From assembly GCF_000143415.4 (NCBI RefSeq), contig NW_003314296.1, positions 372,001 to 436,000 on the forward strand: a DNA stretch of 64,000 bases, in the 5' to 3' direction. Positions 12,482-24,779 of the stretch are shown here, in pieces. The position numbers and the translations under genes are program-made. Origin of the DNA: Selaginella moellendorffii. Lineage: Eukaryota; Plantae; Lycopodiophyta. The notes under the pieces are model-generated. The model did not search any database and was not told the DNA's origin. It worked only from the letters and a program-made list of their open reading frames with translations. Position 1 is the first letter of the stretch. Each line of letters begins with the position of its first letter.

Positions 12482-14107
12482 ATGGGACGAAATCCACACG
12501 TGGATTTCTATTCAGATTTGCTAAAACGCGTCACCAAAGCTCGAGATCTTCCCACTGGCAAAAGAGTCCACTCCCAAATTCTCGCAGCCAGCGATCTCAA
12601 AACCAACAGTTTTCTAGCGTGCGGGATCATAGATATGTATGGAAAGTGTGGCAGCGTCTGCGACGCCCAGGAAGTTTTCGCCACCCTCCCATTTCCAAAT
12701 CTCTACGCGTGGAACACCCTCCTCACGGCTTATACCCACAATGGGTATCTCCAGGAAGCTCGAAAACTCTTCATTGAAATGCCACAGAGAAACGAGATTT
12801 CATGGAATGCCCTGAGCGCCACGTACACACAGCATGGATTCTGTGATGAGGCAGCCAACATTTTCATAAAAATGCCCAGCACGACCGTCCGATCTTGGTC
12901 GAGCATCGTTACGGCATATGCCCAATCTGGGCATCTTTTCCAAGCCAAGAGCCTGTTTGATTCCATGCCGGAACGCGACCTTGTTTCCTGGACGTCGATC
13001 TTGGCTGGGATGGCGGGATCGACGGACCAGATCAAAGCCGCTACGGACGTCTTCCATCGAATGCCCGGCTGGGATTCCCCGTCGTGGAATGCCGCCATAG
13101 CCGGACTCATTCTGGTAGGGAATCTGGAAGAGGCGAGGGTCATGTTCCATGGGATGCCGGAAAGGACTGTCTTCTCATGGACGGCCATGATTCTAGCATT
13201 CTCCCAGAATGGACAGCAGGAGCAAGCGGTGGAGATTTTCTCCAGGATTCCGCAGCGAAATGTGGTGACGTGGAATGCTATGATCGTGGCATTTGCGTAC
13301 AACGGGCAAGTTGGTGCAGCAAAGGCTGCGTTTGATGGAATGAAACAAAGAGATATTGTGACGTGGACGGGACTCGTCAACTGCTATTTCGATTTAGGGC
13401 TAATGGAGAAAAGCATTGAGACGCTGAACAAAATGCCTCAACACACACTCAAGTGTCTAACTTCACTTCTTGTAGCATTTGCCGATTGCGGGCATTTAGA
13501 AAGTTCGAAAGATCTCTTTTTGAGGATGCCAGAGATTGATATAGTAGCGCTTACTGCTATGCTCTCATGCTACGCACATGCAGGCGAAGTAGAGCTATCG
13601 AAATATATTTTTGATGGCATGTCTAATCGCGATGCTGTGGCATGGACTGTGATGCTCGCGGCATATGCCCACGCTGGGCATTGCTGCGAGGCGATGCAAA
13701 CGCTCGCGGCTATGGCGGTGGAGGGGATCAAGTGCGATGAGAACGCGTTCATCTCCATTCTCAACGGGTGTAGCCACTCGGGCCTGGTTGAAATCTCGCA
13801 GTGGTGCTTCCAATCCATGGTGGCAGATTACAATCTTGTGCCATGGGTGGAGCACTTCTCGTGCATTGTTGATGTTCTTGGGCGATCAAATTGCTTGCAT
13901 GAGGCCGAGGAGCTTCTCCATGCAATGCCTTTCTTGCCCGATGTTGCAACCTGGTCGAGTCTTCTCAGTGCGTCTGAGACGCACAAGGATTTGGGAAGGG
14001 CATGGCGAGCGGCACAGCACATCTCGAAGATAGATCCATCTCAAGGCGTGTCTTATGTATTGCTCTCCAATAGCTTGAATAGAGGCATAGCTCCTGACAA
14101 GTATTAA
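12482..14107 (+). CDS. PLS-class pentatricopeptide repeat protein, E-type without DYW, 541 aa, intronless
   Basis: MYGKCGS, a run of 31-aa S/SS repeats (F..MP.R..VSW), ILNGCSHSGLV, HFSCIVDVLGRS, and an E-domain ending YVLLSN shortly before the stop. Confidence 0.95.
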   Translation: MGRNPHVDFYSDLLKRVTKARDLPTGKRVHSQILAASDLKTNSFLACGIIDMYGKCGSVCDAQEVFATLPFPNLYAWNTLLTAYTHNGYLQEARKLFIEMPQRNEISWNALSATYTQHGFCDEAANIFIKMPSTTVRSWSSIVTAYAQSGHLFQAKSLFDSMPERDLVSWTSILAGMAGSTDQIKAATDVFHRMPGWDSPSWNAAIAGLILVGNLEEARVMFHGMPERTVFSWTAMILAFSQNGQQEQAVEIFSRIPQRNVVTWNAMIVAFAYNGQVGAAKAAFDGMKQRDIVTWTGLVNCYFDLGLMEKSIETLNKMPQHTLKCLTSLLVAFADCGHLESSKDLFLRMPEIDIVALTAMLSCYAHAGEVELSKYIFDGMSNRDAVAWTVMLAAYAHAGHCCEAMQTLAAMAVEGIKCDENAFISILNGCSHSGLVEISQWCFQSMVADYNLVPWVEHFSCIVDVLGRSNCLHEAEELLHAMPFLPDVATWSSLLSASETHKDLGRAWRAAQHISKIDPSQGVSYVLLSNSLNRGIAPDKY

Positions 14108-16248
14108 GGTGGCTCATCTGATTATATATTTTAAATATTTTTATTGACTTTTATTTAAAATACTTACTTTGTTAAACATTGCTAGAAATACCTACGTTTT
14201 GATTTGTTTGATAGATTAGCATATCTGCTATGAAAATAGTTTCTTCAAACTTATTTTAGATTAATTTTGCTTGTTTGCAATTTTAAATATATTTAAATGC
14301 CTTGAGTATGTTTTATAATGTCCTTCTAATAAGAGTTTCTAGATTGCATTTGCCATGTATGAAAGCTAGTTGAGGACTAATATTTTAAAACATCAAATAG
14401 TAATATAATAATAAAGGACAAAATCGAAATAAAATAATAATTAACCTACTACTATAAGGAGCAATTGCCAAACTTTGTGGGCTCCTAGATTTGGCGAATT
14501 GGCACCATTGGATGCAGAGTAACCTGGTAAATATCAGTTTCTTACTGCATGTCCTTCTGAAACATTTTTGCGAGGTTTAGGCTGGCCAGTGGGTGTGCGG
14601 CATGGCCTGGGGCAAGGGAGGAGGGGTGAGTGACATATCTCTGTTTGCATAGCCCAGGAGGGAAAAAAAAACTCTCCTTTTACCGCAGCTCTTCCCAGCT
14701 GCAAAGTTTCCAAGGGAAGTGGGAGAGGAGGCACCACCCAGCAGTAGAGGTGGATGCCCATGAGCTCTAGGTTTTGTGGAGAAGCAAGCTTGCTAGTGAC
14801 CAGTAGTGACAAGGAGAGGGGATCATGAGTGGCAAGGCTGGCAATGGCATTAGAGCCATGTGGAGGAGGAGGCTATGTGCTTAAAATACAGCTTAGGGAT
14901 TCAGGGTTTGGGAATGCAAGTGGGGAGCTTGACAATCACTGGGAGTTTCTTCAGACAAGTTTTTCTTCCTCACTAAGAAAAGGCAATCATCAATAGAGAG
15001 GCAGCAATAAAGATCTTTGTGGGATCTTTGTGGCACGAAGATATTTGTGGTGGTCAATGGCCACCTAGCACTAAAGATGGAGAGGTGCAAAGAGACAAAG
15101 ATCTAACTACCCTAGACTATGCTATACCACCTCTTGAGGTTCCTCACCACCCAACCACCCCCAAGCTACCTTAAAAGCTCCACTGCACCGCTGCTCCACT
15201 GTGAGCCCTAAGGTAGGTTAAGTCCCTTACCCTAACATGCCTTAATATACCATTGAGCCTCCCTTTGATTGATGTTGACCATGTGGTCAAAGCTGGTGCC
15301 TAACAATTCTTCCCCCTGTAAGCGACTAAATTTTCCATTTTACTTTAATCACTTAACCACACCTTCGACCACTTGAAGGAGTCTTACTCACAACCTCTGT
15401 AAGTTCTATTCTGGACTTAGGGACTTGCTAGCCCCAAGAATGATATCCATACCACTCAACCATTGCATTTGGTCCAAGTGCTCCACGTGTCCGATCCCAT
15501 GACCGACACCCCAAGGTACCATCAACATATCAGCCTGTTACGCTAAGGCCATGCCCCTTTCCACAAGTGATCATCCCAGATCCACTCCTTAGCATCCTTA
15601 GGATGTCCATAGACATGGGGAATAGCCTTCCCCAATATCCTTTTTCCGGTCCCTACCAAGTTTCTTTCTGTCCATAGCCGTGTTTGCCAACACTGCCACT
15701 GGATCGAGGCCCACAGGCCCGACCATTAAGTCCCACGGTCCTCTAGGACTTCCTCACCATCTGACTATGTCCTTGGTCACCACACCAGAGGGTTACTCCT
15801 CTTCCTTTTCATAGTCTAGGATTTTGGGACAACATTTCGGAACACCGTGGCCCTATACGGGCCTCGTGGGTACTCTCCCCGCCTTCTGCCTTTGGGTGCT
15901 CTAGGCATGGGCTTAGAGCGAGGTTCCATTGAGCCACGCTTGGTATCCAAGTAGGTAGTGCCACCCACACTTGGACTGGGAGCATCGGCCAGTCGATCTT
16001 CCGGGGAAATTAGAGGCGGCTCTTGAACACTTCACCAAGCAACCCCATTTGTCGATTTGTATTCACTCTAGTCTTGGACTTCTCAATGGGCAACTCATCA
16101 CCCAACACTGGGTACAGCCTTCTTGGGCCAAACTGGCCTTTCCTGGCCAAACTGGCTCCATTGCAGTCCTCCCCCTTACTATACTTTTGGAGCTCATCAA
16201 ACCCCCCAGGGTCTGGGAGACAAACGCTTTGGGCTTTCACCCTCTCAG

Positions 16249-16730
16249 ACTCGAACTCGGACTCGAACTCGGACTCAAACTCGGACTCGAACTCGAAATC
16301 AGACTCGGGCTCGGGCTCGGGCTCGGTCTCGGTCTCGGTCCCAATCTCGGTCTTGGTCTCGGTCTCGGTCCCGGTCTCGGTCCTAGTCTCGGTCTCGACC
16401 TCGGATTCCATCTCGGGTCCATCTCGAACTCCATCTCAGACTCTGTCTCGGTCCATCTCAGACTCCATTTGGGGTCCATCTTGAACTCCATCTCGGGTCC
16501 ATCTCGGACTCCATCTCGGACTCCATCTTGGGTCCATCTCAGACTCCATCTCAGGTCCATCTCGGACTCTATCTCAAACTCCATCTCGGGTCCATTTCGG
16601 ACTCCATTTCAGGTCCTTCTCGGGTCCATCTCGGACTCCACCTCAGACTCCATCTTGGGTCTATCTCAGACTCCATCTTGGATCCATTTCGGACTCTATC
16701 TCGAACTCCATCTTGGGTCCATCTTGGACA
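16249..16730. repeat. Compound tandem repeat inside the Gypsy 3' region: hexamers (A/G/T)CTCGG grading into 11-12 bp CCATCTCGG(A/G)(C)T units
   Basis: Visible periodicity. It accounts for the low-complexity ORFs (LGLG, SDSN, ETET, EMDPRWS) on both strands. Confidence 0.95.
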
Positions 16731-19122
16731 CTTCCACGTGTCATGTGTTGGTCCTTTTGGGTCCCTTTTTAGAGCCTCGCTTATTGCTCGCTTCATGCTC
16801 ATTCCTCGAGCACTTTGTTGGGAGTTCCATTCCTGCTCTCGACCTTTCAAGTCGGAGCTTTTAGTCCAAACGTGTTACACTCGTTTGATTTTTGCTTCGG
16901 CCACTACCACGTGGCACCCTTTCAGCTCTACTTTGGGGCCTAGGGATTTTATGTCTCACACCCCCCAACAAAGTCCTTGTCCCAAGGACAAGTTGTACCG
17001 GTGATCACCCTTTCTGAGGAACCCTGCTCAAGCTTCTAGTCCATCTTCCACAACCGTATACATCAAGGAGGCATTGGGCCAGTCACTCCAAGATAGAACA
17101 CCTTTCAACTGGCTAACATAAAATATTGGATGAATTTTCACCCTAGTTGGTAGCTGCACACAATAAGTTACTTTACCAATGCACTCTAGCACTTCATATG
17201 AACTAGCATATCGATGGGAAAGTTTATCACGTCCATAAAGGCACTAAGGTGTTTTGCACTCACTTGACGGAAAGATCATTTGCACGAAGATGAGATCACC
17301 CACCTTATATTCCTGGAATTGGCGATGCTCATTAGCAAACTTCTCCACTCTATCCTGAGCTACCTGTAAATTCCATTTGCACACCACTAGAATCTTATCA
17401 AGTTCTGTGGCCAGATTAGTCACCTCAGAATCAAACTTATCTTGAACATCCTTACTCAAATGCAATCCCAACTCCACTGTTGTTCAAGGATGCCTTCCAA
17501 ACATGGCAAAGTAAGGACTTAGCTTGTATTGTTGTAAGAAAATTGCATGAACGGAAGATATAGATCTTACTGTCCTTGCCTTTGACCAATGTTACAACAT
17601 AACATATCCTCCATCTGATTCACACGCTTGGTTTGCCCATCTGTCTGAGGATGATCTCCATTAAAGAGTTTCATTCCTCTAATAAAAATTGTGCTTAATC
17701 AACTCATGCATCTTCTTCCCCCCAAAATGACCAGCATCTTGACGATCATGATAGTGGAATAAAACTTGAGTAATTAACGCATCCACCTGTAGCAAATATA
17801 CATAGCCATTGTAGTAGATAATCCCATCCACCAATGAGAAAGGGGCTTCCATCTGGTCTCACAAAGAGGCCACCTCAGCATCCTGAGCCTGAGCACACTC
17901 AACCAACTGCCCAAACTTGCTGACCACCTTACTCAAATAATAACAAAATGGTTTATAACATTGTCACATGACGAACACGAGATAAAGCATTTACCACCAC
18001 ATTTGATTTTCCCGGACGATGCTCAATAGGAAACTCCCTAAACTCCATGAGTTTGACTATCCAACAAGCTTGCGTAGTGTTCAACTCCTTATGTGTGAAA
18101 AGATACACAAGTGGTTTGTGATCTGTTAACACCACAAACACTACACCATAAAGATAGTGTTGCCACGTCCACAAAGCATGAACAATAAAGAGTAACTCTT
18201 ACTCATATGTGGAATAGCATTACTCCGCGGAATTCAAAGTTTGACTTTCATATGCAATAGGCTGTCCCTCTTGCATGAGAACTCCTCCTAGTGCATAACC
18301 ACTCGTATTGCATGTCACCTCGTAAGGTTTCAATGGATCAGCAATGTGAAGCACTGGAGTCTCACTCAACAATCATGTGGTATCTTCCACTCGAATGACA
18401 CATTTTTGCGTAACAACCGTGTCAAAGGAATAGCCACCTCTGGAAACTTATGCTGGAAACATCGGTAGTAACTAGCCATACCAAGAAAACTACACAACTC
18501 AACCACTATATTTGGTGTAGGCCAATTTTCCACCACAACCACCTTCCTTGGATCCATCTTGACACCCTTAGATGTCACAATATGGCCTACCATCTCCAAC
18601 TTTGCAAACTCATATTTGCTCTTCTTCACATAAAGTTTATTGTTTCAGAGTAACAAAAAAACCTTGTGTAAATGCATTTTATGCTCCTCTATATTCTTGT
18701 TGAAAATAAAAATATCATCCAAGAAACTCTCCACAAACTCATGAAGATAAAGCCCAAATACCTCCATCGTCAACCGAGTATTTGCATCTGGAGTTCCCCT
18801 AGTAGCCAAGAACTTCTTCATATTGGCTAGCCAAGCAAGACACTCGTCCACACCACCATCACTGGAAAAGGTTAGAATCTTGGGTCGATCTACCAAAGGA
18901 GGCTTACTTAGAGCGCTACCACGTCCAGCCTCAAGTGCCTCAATACGCCCACACATGGTATCCATCATGCTATGTATCTCGTCTTGCATCTCTTGCTGAT
19001 TTCGATTAAGGGCTCACAACTCATGAACCACATCTTGAATGGTCCAAATCTCTGCAGCTTCGCCATCGATAATAGGATTCTAGTGTTCAGCTTAGTTGGC
19101 CATCACAACCAACCTCCCTCTG

Positions 19123-19796
19123 TGTAGCGCATGTGATCATGGGATGAGATTTGGATATACTGTCACCGTGGATCCTTGGAACCTTGGGGGATAAATGGGG
19201 ATAAAATAGCCACTAAGGGCTCTCTCATCAAGCAATTGCCCCTTTTCCAGTTGGCTTAAGGGGAGAGAGATAAGGTGCGCTACAGTTGGTATCAGAGCAA
19301 ATGGCACGGGTTCGATTCCCATTGATTAGTGGCTACTTAAAAGTATAATATACCCTTGAGCAAGGTATATTCCTACCCCTAAATTTGAAATCGTACGTAT
19401 TGGGCATCCATGCATACGTCCTTCCTCTTGTGTGGTGTATCCACGGACGAAGGTATCCACCGTGGGACTGAGGTACGGGTGGATGACTAGTTGCCTCACA
19501 TGGAATAGCTGGTCTACACAATGGAAGGATTGGTAGATTGAGTGCGGAAATGGAGGTGCTGGTTCCCCTTGGCTCAGTAGGGGTTGCTAGTCAATAGTCA
19601 ATGAGGACATTAACATCTCTGAAGGGGGGGTGAGTGTAGCGCATGTGATCATGGGATGAGATTTGGATATACTGTCACCGTGGATCCTTGGAACCTTGGG
19701 GGATAAATGGGGATAAAATAGCCACTAAGGGCTCTCTCATCAAGCAATTGCCCCTTTTCCAGTTGGCTTAAGGGGAGAGAGATAAGGTGTGCTACA
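19123..19796 (+). mobile_element. TRIM (terminal-repeat retrotransposon in miniature), 674 bp, complete and very recent
   Basis: 162-bp LTRs at 19123-19284 and 19635-19796 (TGTAGCGCA...GCTACA) differ by one C/T. PBS TGGTATCAGAGC 19287-19298, PPT GAAGGGGGGGTGAG 19621-19634, perfect TSD CTCTG (19118-19122 and 19797-19801), 350-bp non-coding interior. Confidence 0.97.
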
Positions 19797-22700
19797 CTCT
19801 GATACCAATCTTATGATCCGGTGCAAAAAGACAAAGATCTAGCCACCCTAGGCTATGCTTTGCCACCTCTTGAGGTTCCTCACCATCCAACCACCCTTGA
19901 GCTACCTCAAAAGCTCCACTGCACCATTGCTCCATTGTGAGCCCTACCCTTGAGCCTCTCTTTGACTGACATGGACCACGTGGTCAAAACTGGCACCTAA
20001 CATAAGAGCTCCAAGGTTTGTGGAGAAGTAGGAGAGGAGGCAACCAACACTGCCATGGGGGTGGTCAACAGCCACCCAACACCAAAGATGGATGCCTAGG
20101 AATTTGTGGATGGGCATGTTAAGTTTGCCATGCTTGACTCTCTTCCATCCTTTTAGTAGAAGTTCTCACTTCTTTCCTTGGGGGGGGGGGGTTAAATGGT
20201 AAAAGGGTTATTTCTTTAACCACATCATTGCCAGACAATATCTCTTCGTAGCATCAAAGTTCTAAGTGATGTAGAGATGAGTGAAGAGAGTATCTTGATA
20301 GAGTAGAATCTAATCACTTTCTTTTCTAGGATCTGAGCACCTTGCATAGTTTAGTGCTTCAGGTACTTAGTCTATTCCAATAAGATGCTTTACCGCTTGA
20401 AGAATAGGTGTGCAAGAAGACTTCAAATAGCTATTAGATCTTCAAAGTCCCTTTTGTTATTTTAGTAGGTATTGACACTTGGCTTCTTTGCTTCTTAAAC
20501 CTTCTTTATGACTAAATCCAGGCATTCAGAGATAGACTTCTAGCCAAGTGCCTTGTGGGATTGTAGGAGGTACTCAATTTTAGAATGTTTATTTTTAAAA
20601 TATAGGTTTGTAAAGGGATTTTTTAGCTATGTGCAAATTATATAGCATTCTAAACTCTAGCGTTTGGAATTTAATAGCTTCCTCTGAGGAAACACAATAT
20701 GTATGTGTGATCTACAACTTCATTCAGGTGGTGAGCTGCTTTTTATATATGTATTATTTTGATATAAAAGTTATGATTTCTAACACGAAGTCCACTCAAC
20801 AAGTATAGCATCAACATCAAGGTTCCTCAATATCAATTTCACTGATAGCTATAGTATGCACCTTGTAACAACTTTGATGGCAGCCAACACTGTTGATAAA
20901 TACAAGCACCTTTTCAAGCCATCTAACTAACTGTGTATTCAACACTACATGTTTGAGCATGGTTAGAGAAGGCTCCTCCAGTGTTTGACTTTGTCAAGCC
21001 ATCAGATCTTGTTCCATTGAGTCAATTTGTAAGGGATGCTTTTGCTTATACTTCTACAATAGTTGTTGTGGCAATCATTGATGTGGATTAAATGCCCAAC
21101 GCTACAAACATCATGTTCATTGTTGATGATCTTAAAGCTGATAATACTTATAAGGTATTTGTAATATTCTGATTGGATTTGTTTTGTGAACTTCAAAATC
21201 AAGTGCATGTGTTGGGTGATATGGACCATGTTTTTTATGAGCTCAAATCATTATAATTTGCTAGGGACATGCCAAGTTATATTTTCTACAATCTCCAAGG
21301 AACTAAGGATAAAAATATATTCAAAATTGCACCCTCTACTATTGTCTTGAAAATTCCTGATAATATGCCTTAGGACCACATACAAAAGTAGCTACATTCT
21401 GTCTCATCCATATATAGAAAGAACTTCTTTAGGATATGTCTTTCATGATGTTTTTCAATGGTTTATAATGTATGTTTTGTCAATAGATGCATAGCCACTT
21501 CATCCCTTAAAAATCTTGAGCAATCTTTGTTTGTTGTGGCTGCCATATTTGTAAAAAGTTTGGGATTGAGAAACAAATGTGAGATATTGGTTAGTGTCAC
21601 TATTGCAAGAATGACTAATTATTTTTCTAAACTTTGCAAGTCCATGGCAAATTCTATCTAAATAGTGGCCACCCCTAAGACATTTGCATGGAGAACACTT
21701 ATATAGACCAAACATATGGTCTTACTTCTAGCCAATTTCTAAGAATGTTCACTTCTGCTCAGATGCCTAGAGTAATCAAACTTTTAGAGACAAAGAAGCC
21801 ACCGATATGCCACTTCTTATTCTCCACGAGTGCCAATCAAAGTTCACCAAAAGTTATTGCATTCAAGGCTGATTAAAGAATTGTGCACTTTCATTTTCTG
21901 TTCTACATTGTGCTTTTATTTCCATTTGTAAAATATATTGTCTATAAACTTATTGTGTAATTGTATCTAAGATCCATTGTATCCACTTGGTGCTAGAATG
22001 CAACCTCAAAGTCTCTTGTAGAACTCTCCACCAAACTTCAGCTTCACTTCTAGTGAGTCCAACTCTACTTTGGTTATCTCCACAAGATCCTTCATGGCTT
22101 GAGTGTTTGAACCCATCAAATGTGAGAATGCATTGACAAGGAGCTCAAAATCTCCCTGATGCAGCTTTGCAAGTTCTGTAGCTCCTTTTGCTCATCAGTG
22201 AGTGTGGGGGAAACTTTGAGCTGGAATCTCTCTTTGGAAAGCAAATCACATAGGAATTATTTACCACCAAAGGTAGTAGATCCATCCTTTATTTTAATCC
22301 ATTGGAGTCTCGAAGGATTTGATAAGCAATGAGCCTAGCCACTGGTAAAGTTGTAACCTTGACAGCCAAAACTCCTGATGGCCTCTTGGTTGTATATTTT
22401 ATTGTAGCTATAGCATATTGTGCAAATCCTCCACCACACTATGAAAACCACTAAAGTTTGAAGTTCTCAAGCAAGACAGGAAAAAAAAAGAAGTAAAGAT
22501 CACCTTAAGATCGAGCCAAGAGACAATTTTATCTCCTTGTGAGAATCTAGTGACACTGGGACCAAAACTCACACCTTCTCAACTCATATCAGAGCCTATG
22601 TAGATAAAAAAGACAAAAAAGGAAATAAAAAGAGCCAAGAGGAATGAAGAATCTCAACTCCAGCTCCAGAGAAAAAAACTTGGATACTTATATAGTATGT

Positions 22701-23464
22701 ATGGCAATTTGATAGAATAGATGACCTTGAGCATTCTCTAGAGCTTCCAATCCACAGGATTGATTCCTATAGCTTCAATCTTGACCAGAACTTTGTCTTT
22801 CTTAGGAAATAGAACTAGGGATCTCCACAATGTTTTTAGGGTTCAATCATCTAAGAATTTTGGGGCATACCTTGAGAGCTTTGCCATACTTGGGGTATTG
22901 CAAGGCTGCCATTATCTTCTTACTCGCTCCCTCTACCATAGCCACAAAATCTCTTTCTTTAGTGACACTCTATGCTATTCAAAATTTACATCTCCTCCTA
23001 TAAGAGCTTTTGGCGAAAAGCCACTAGATTCACAAGAACCCCAATCATATTTATAGGAGGAGTTTGTTATTGTTGAGACAATGCATCCTCACTCCATTTT
23101 GTATCATCCTCCCTGGCGAGAGTTGCTTTGAATTGAGCACTTTGTAGAGTGCCTCAGCTTGGTGCCAATTGCGAGAATGGAAGTGGAATGAGTTTGGAGC
23201 TATAGTATACAATGATCTCTTGCTACTTCTTCATCTCTTTGCCCAAGGTCTCAAGTGATTTCTTGAGCAGATGAACCGATTTCATGATTTCTTATTGTCG
23301 CTTTGTGGCGGCACTGGAGATTCATGAGCTAGAGTGACTAATCTAACACTGTTGTGGCTAAGGCAGCAAGAAACCTTGACACTTCACGATGCTATGGAAA
23401 TCTCGATCACCAAAAAGGGCTAGATCAAATCTATATTTTGCATGTTATAATTTTTTAACTCTTA

Positions 23465-24650
23465 TGTAGCGCACTTAAATTTTGAGCCAAACTCCAAGCT
23501 TGTTACACTACAAAATGAGGGTTCAATACACTCTTAACCATACGCAAAACAAAGAGTGACACAACCTAGTGGGAGCTAAACTAATGTCTTAAATGGTAAG
23601 ATATACATTTTAACCACTATCCCTACTATACATTTGGAACCCTTATATCCCCCCCCGTGAGGAACACACACTTTGGGCTTTCACCTCTAGCCTCCTTTAT
23701 TACCAAGAGTTAGTCTTTAGAACAAGTGTGAAACTTATTAAATATGGAATGGTGCTAAATAGCAAATTTAGGAGCAGAAACAACACTATAGGGTTTAGAA
23801 CACTCTTTACATTATATAGATATGCCTGTTAAGATGGATCTAAATACTTACCATAGTATATGGTTCCGAAATAGAATCAACACATAAAACATGATAGCGA
23901 AGGTGTCTGACAGACACAATAAGATATCATGTAACGATATTGAGGGACTAATCTCAATATCATGGGGGTTTCCAACACTAATAAGTGCAAGTCAATGAAT
24001 GAGTTTTTTTAACCAAGTTAAGTATACTTGATTAAAAGCATTTAGGAATTCCATCTTTATGCTCATTTAATCAAATGCATACGTGATGACCAATTTTGTC
24101 AACTAGCTTAAGCAGAGACCATAAAGGGAATTAGCAATACCAACCTTCTGTCATCATGGTAGTAAAGAGAGAGTGTCTGTAAAGACTAGTTAACAAGTAT
24201 TTTTCAATACCTGAAGTCATATATGTGATATTCTACCCCCCTAGAAAAGATAGACGTCCTTGTCAATGCATACCCGAAACTAGAAAATTGTCAAAGTTAC
24301 ATTTGCAACATCTTGCTTCAAATAACCCTAACTCTCATGATTAGGTTTTGGGCTTGAGTGCACTACCAAAAATCACAACAACTTGTAGTAAAATGTTAGT
24401 CTTTCTTCTTAGTTTATGGCATACCTTCTTTGACAAGCAATTGGAAAACCCTAAATAAGCACATAGAACCAAGCATGCAGTAGGTTTGTGTTTTTTTATA
24501 TCCTTAACCTCCATCACATACCAAAACCTGTTTCATATTTCTCTTGCAAATTTGAGTTTGCTTACAAACATGAACCTGCATAAACTATAGTTTTCTAGCT
24601 TTGTACTCAAAAAGCTGCTTTACTTATAGTTCTTCTTAGAACTATAAGAA
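23465..24650 (-). mobile_element. 3' LTR (23465-24230), PPT and short internal remnant of a Gypsy element related to the LTR at 61680-62879
   Basis: The reverse complement of 23465-23735 aligns with 62455-62879 and 24120-24230 aligns with 61680-61790. PPT AGGGGGGTAGAA abuts the LTR start. Confidence 0.8.
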
Positions 24651-24779
24651 ATACCAATCATTTTTATAAGAATTTTAATACTAATAATTCTGATAAACAC
24701 CCTAAGCTACTTCAAATTACTTTAGATAAAAATGAAATATATACACATCAAGAAATATCCACTACACCATCTCCACCTT

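Larger units (their letters stand above)
15084..20002 (-). mobile_element. Ty3/Gypsy LTR retrotransposon, internally deleted and decayed; 5' LTR 19812-20002, 3' LTR about 15084-15305
   Basis: Paired LTRs both begin TGTTAGG on the minus strand. PBS TGGTATCAGAG (19797-19807) and PPT AGGGGGAAGAAT (15306-15317). RT FLDDIFIF, SFLGMASYYR; RNase H W.HYLYG..F.VLTDHKPL, HRPGKSNVVVNALSR; integrase remnants to about 16960. Confidence 0.93.

Noticed and set aside
12730-14022. Antisense and alternative-frame ORFs within the PPR genes (also 35637-38453)
   Set aside because: Shadow ORFs of GC-rich coding sequence with no motifs of their own.
16405-16730. CRISPR-like array
   Set aside because: Units are contiguous with no unique spacers, there are no cas genes, and the context is a eukaryotic retrotransposon.
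15971-17004. Long low-complexity ORFs (297 aa LGLG..., 153 aa SDSN..., 133 aa ETET...)
   Set aside because: Open in several frames on both strands only because the tandem repeat lacks stop codons. No domain evidence.
19123-19284. Cassandra element
   Set aside because: No 5S rRNA-derived A/C-box sequence is recognisable in the LTR, so it was kept as a generic TRIM.
19275-19320. Real tRNA gene
   Set aside because: No anticodon arm or acceptor stem. Only D-arm-like and T-arm-like boxes are present.
21820-21960. SMC-like C-terminal motif (AQF.ISL..N) on the minus strand
   Set aside because: It needs a frameshift, and no signature or Walker B motif is visible. Too weak to call.
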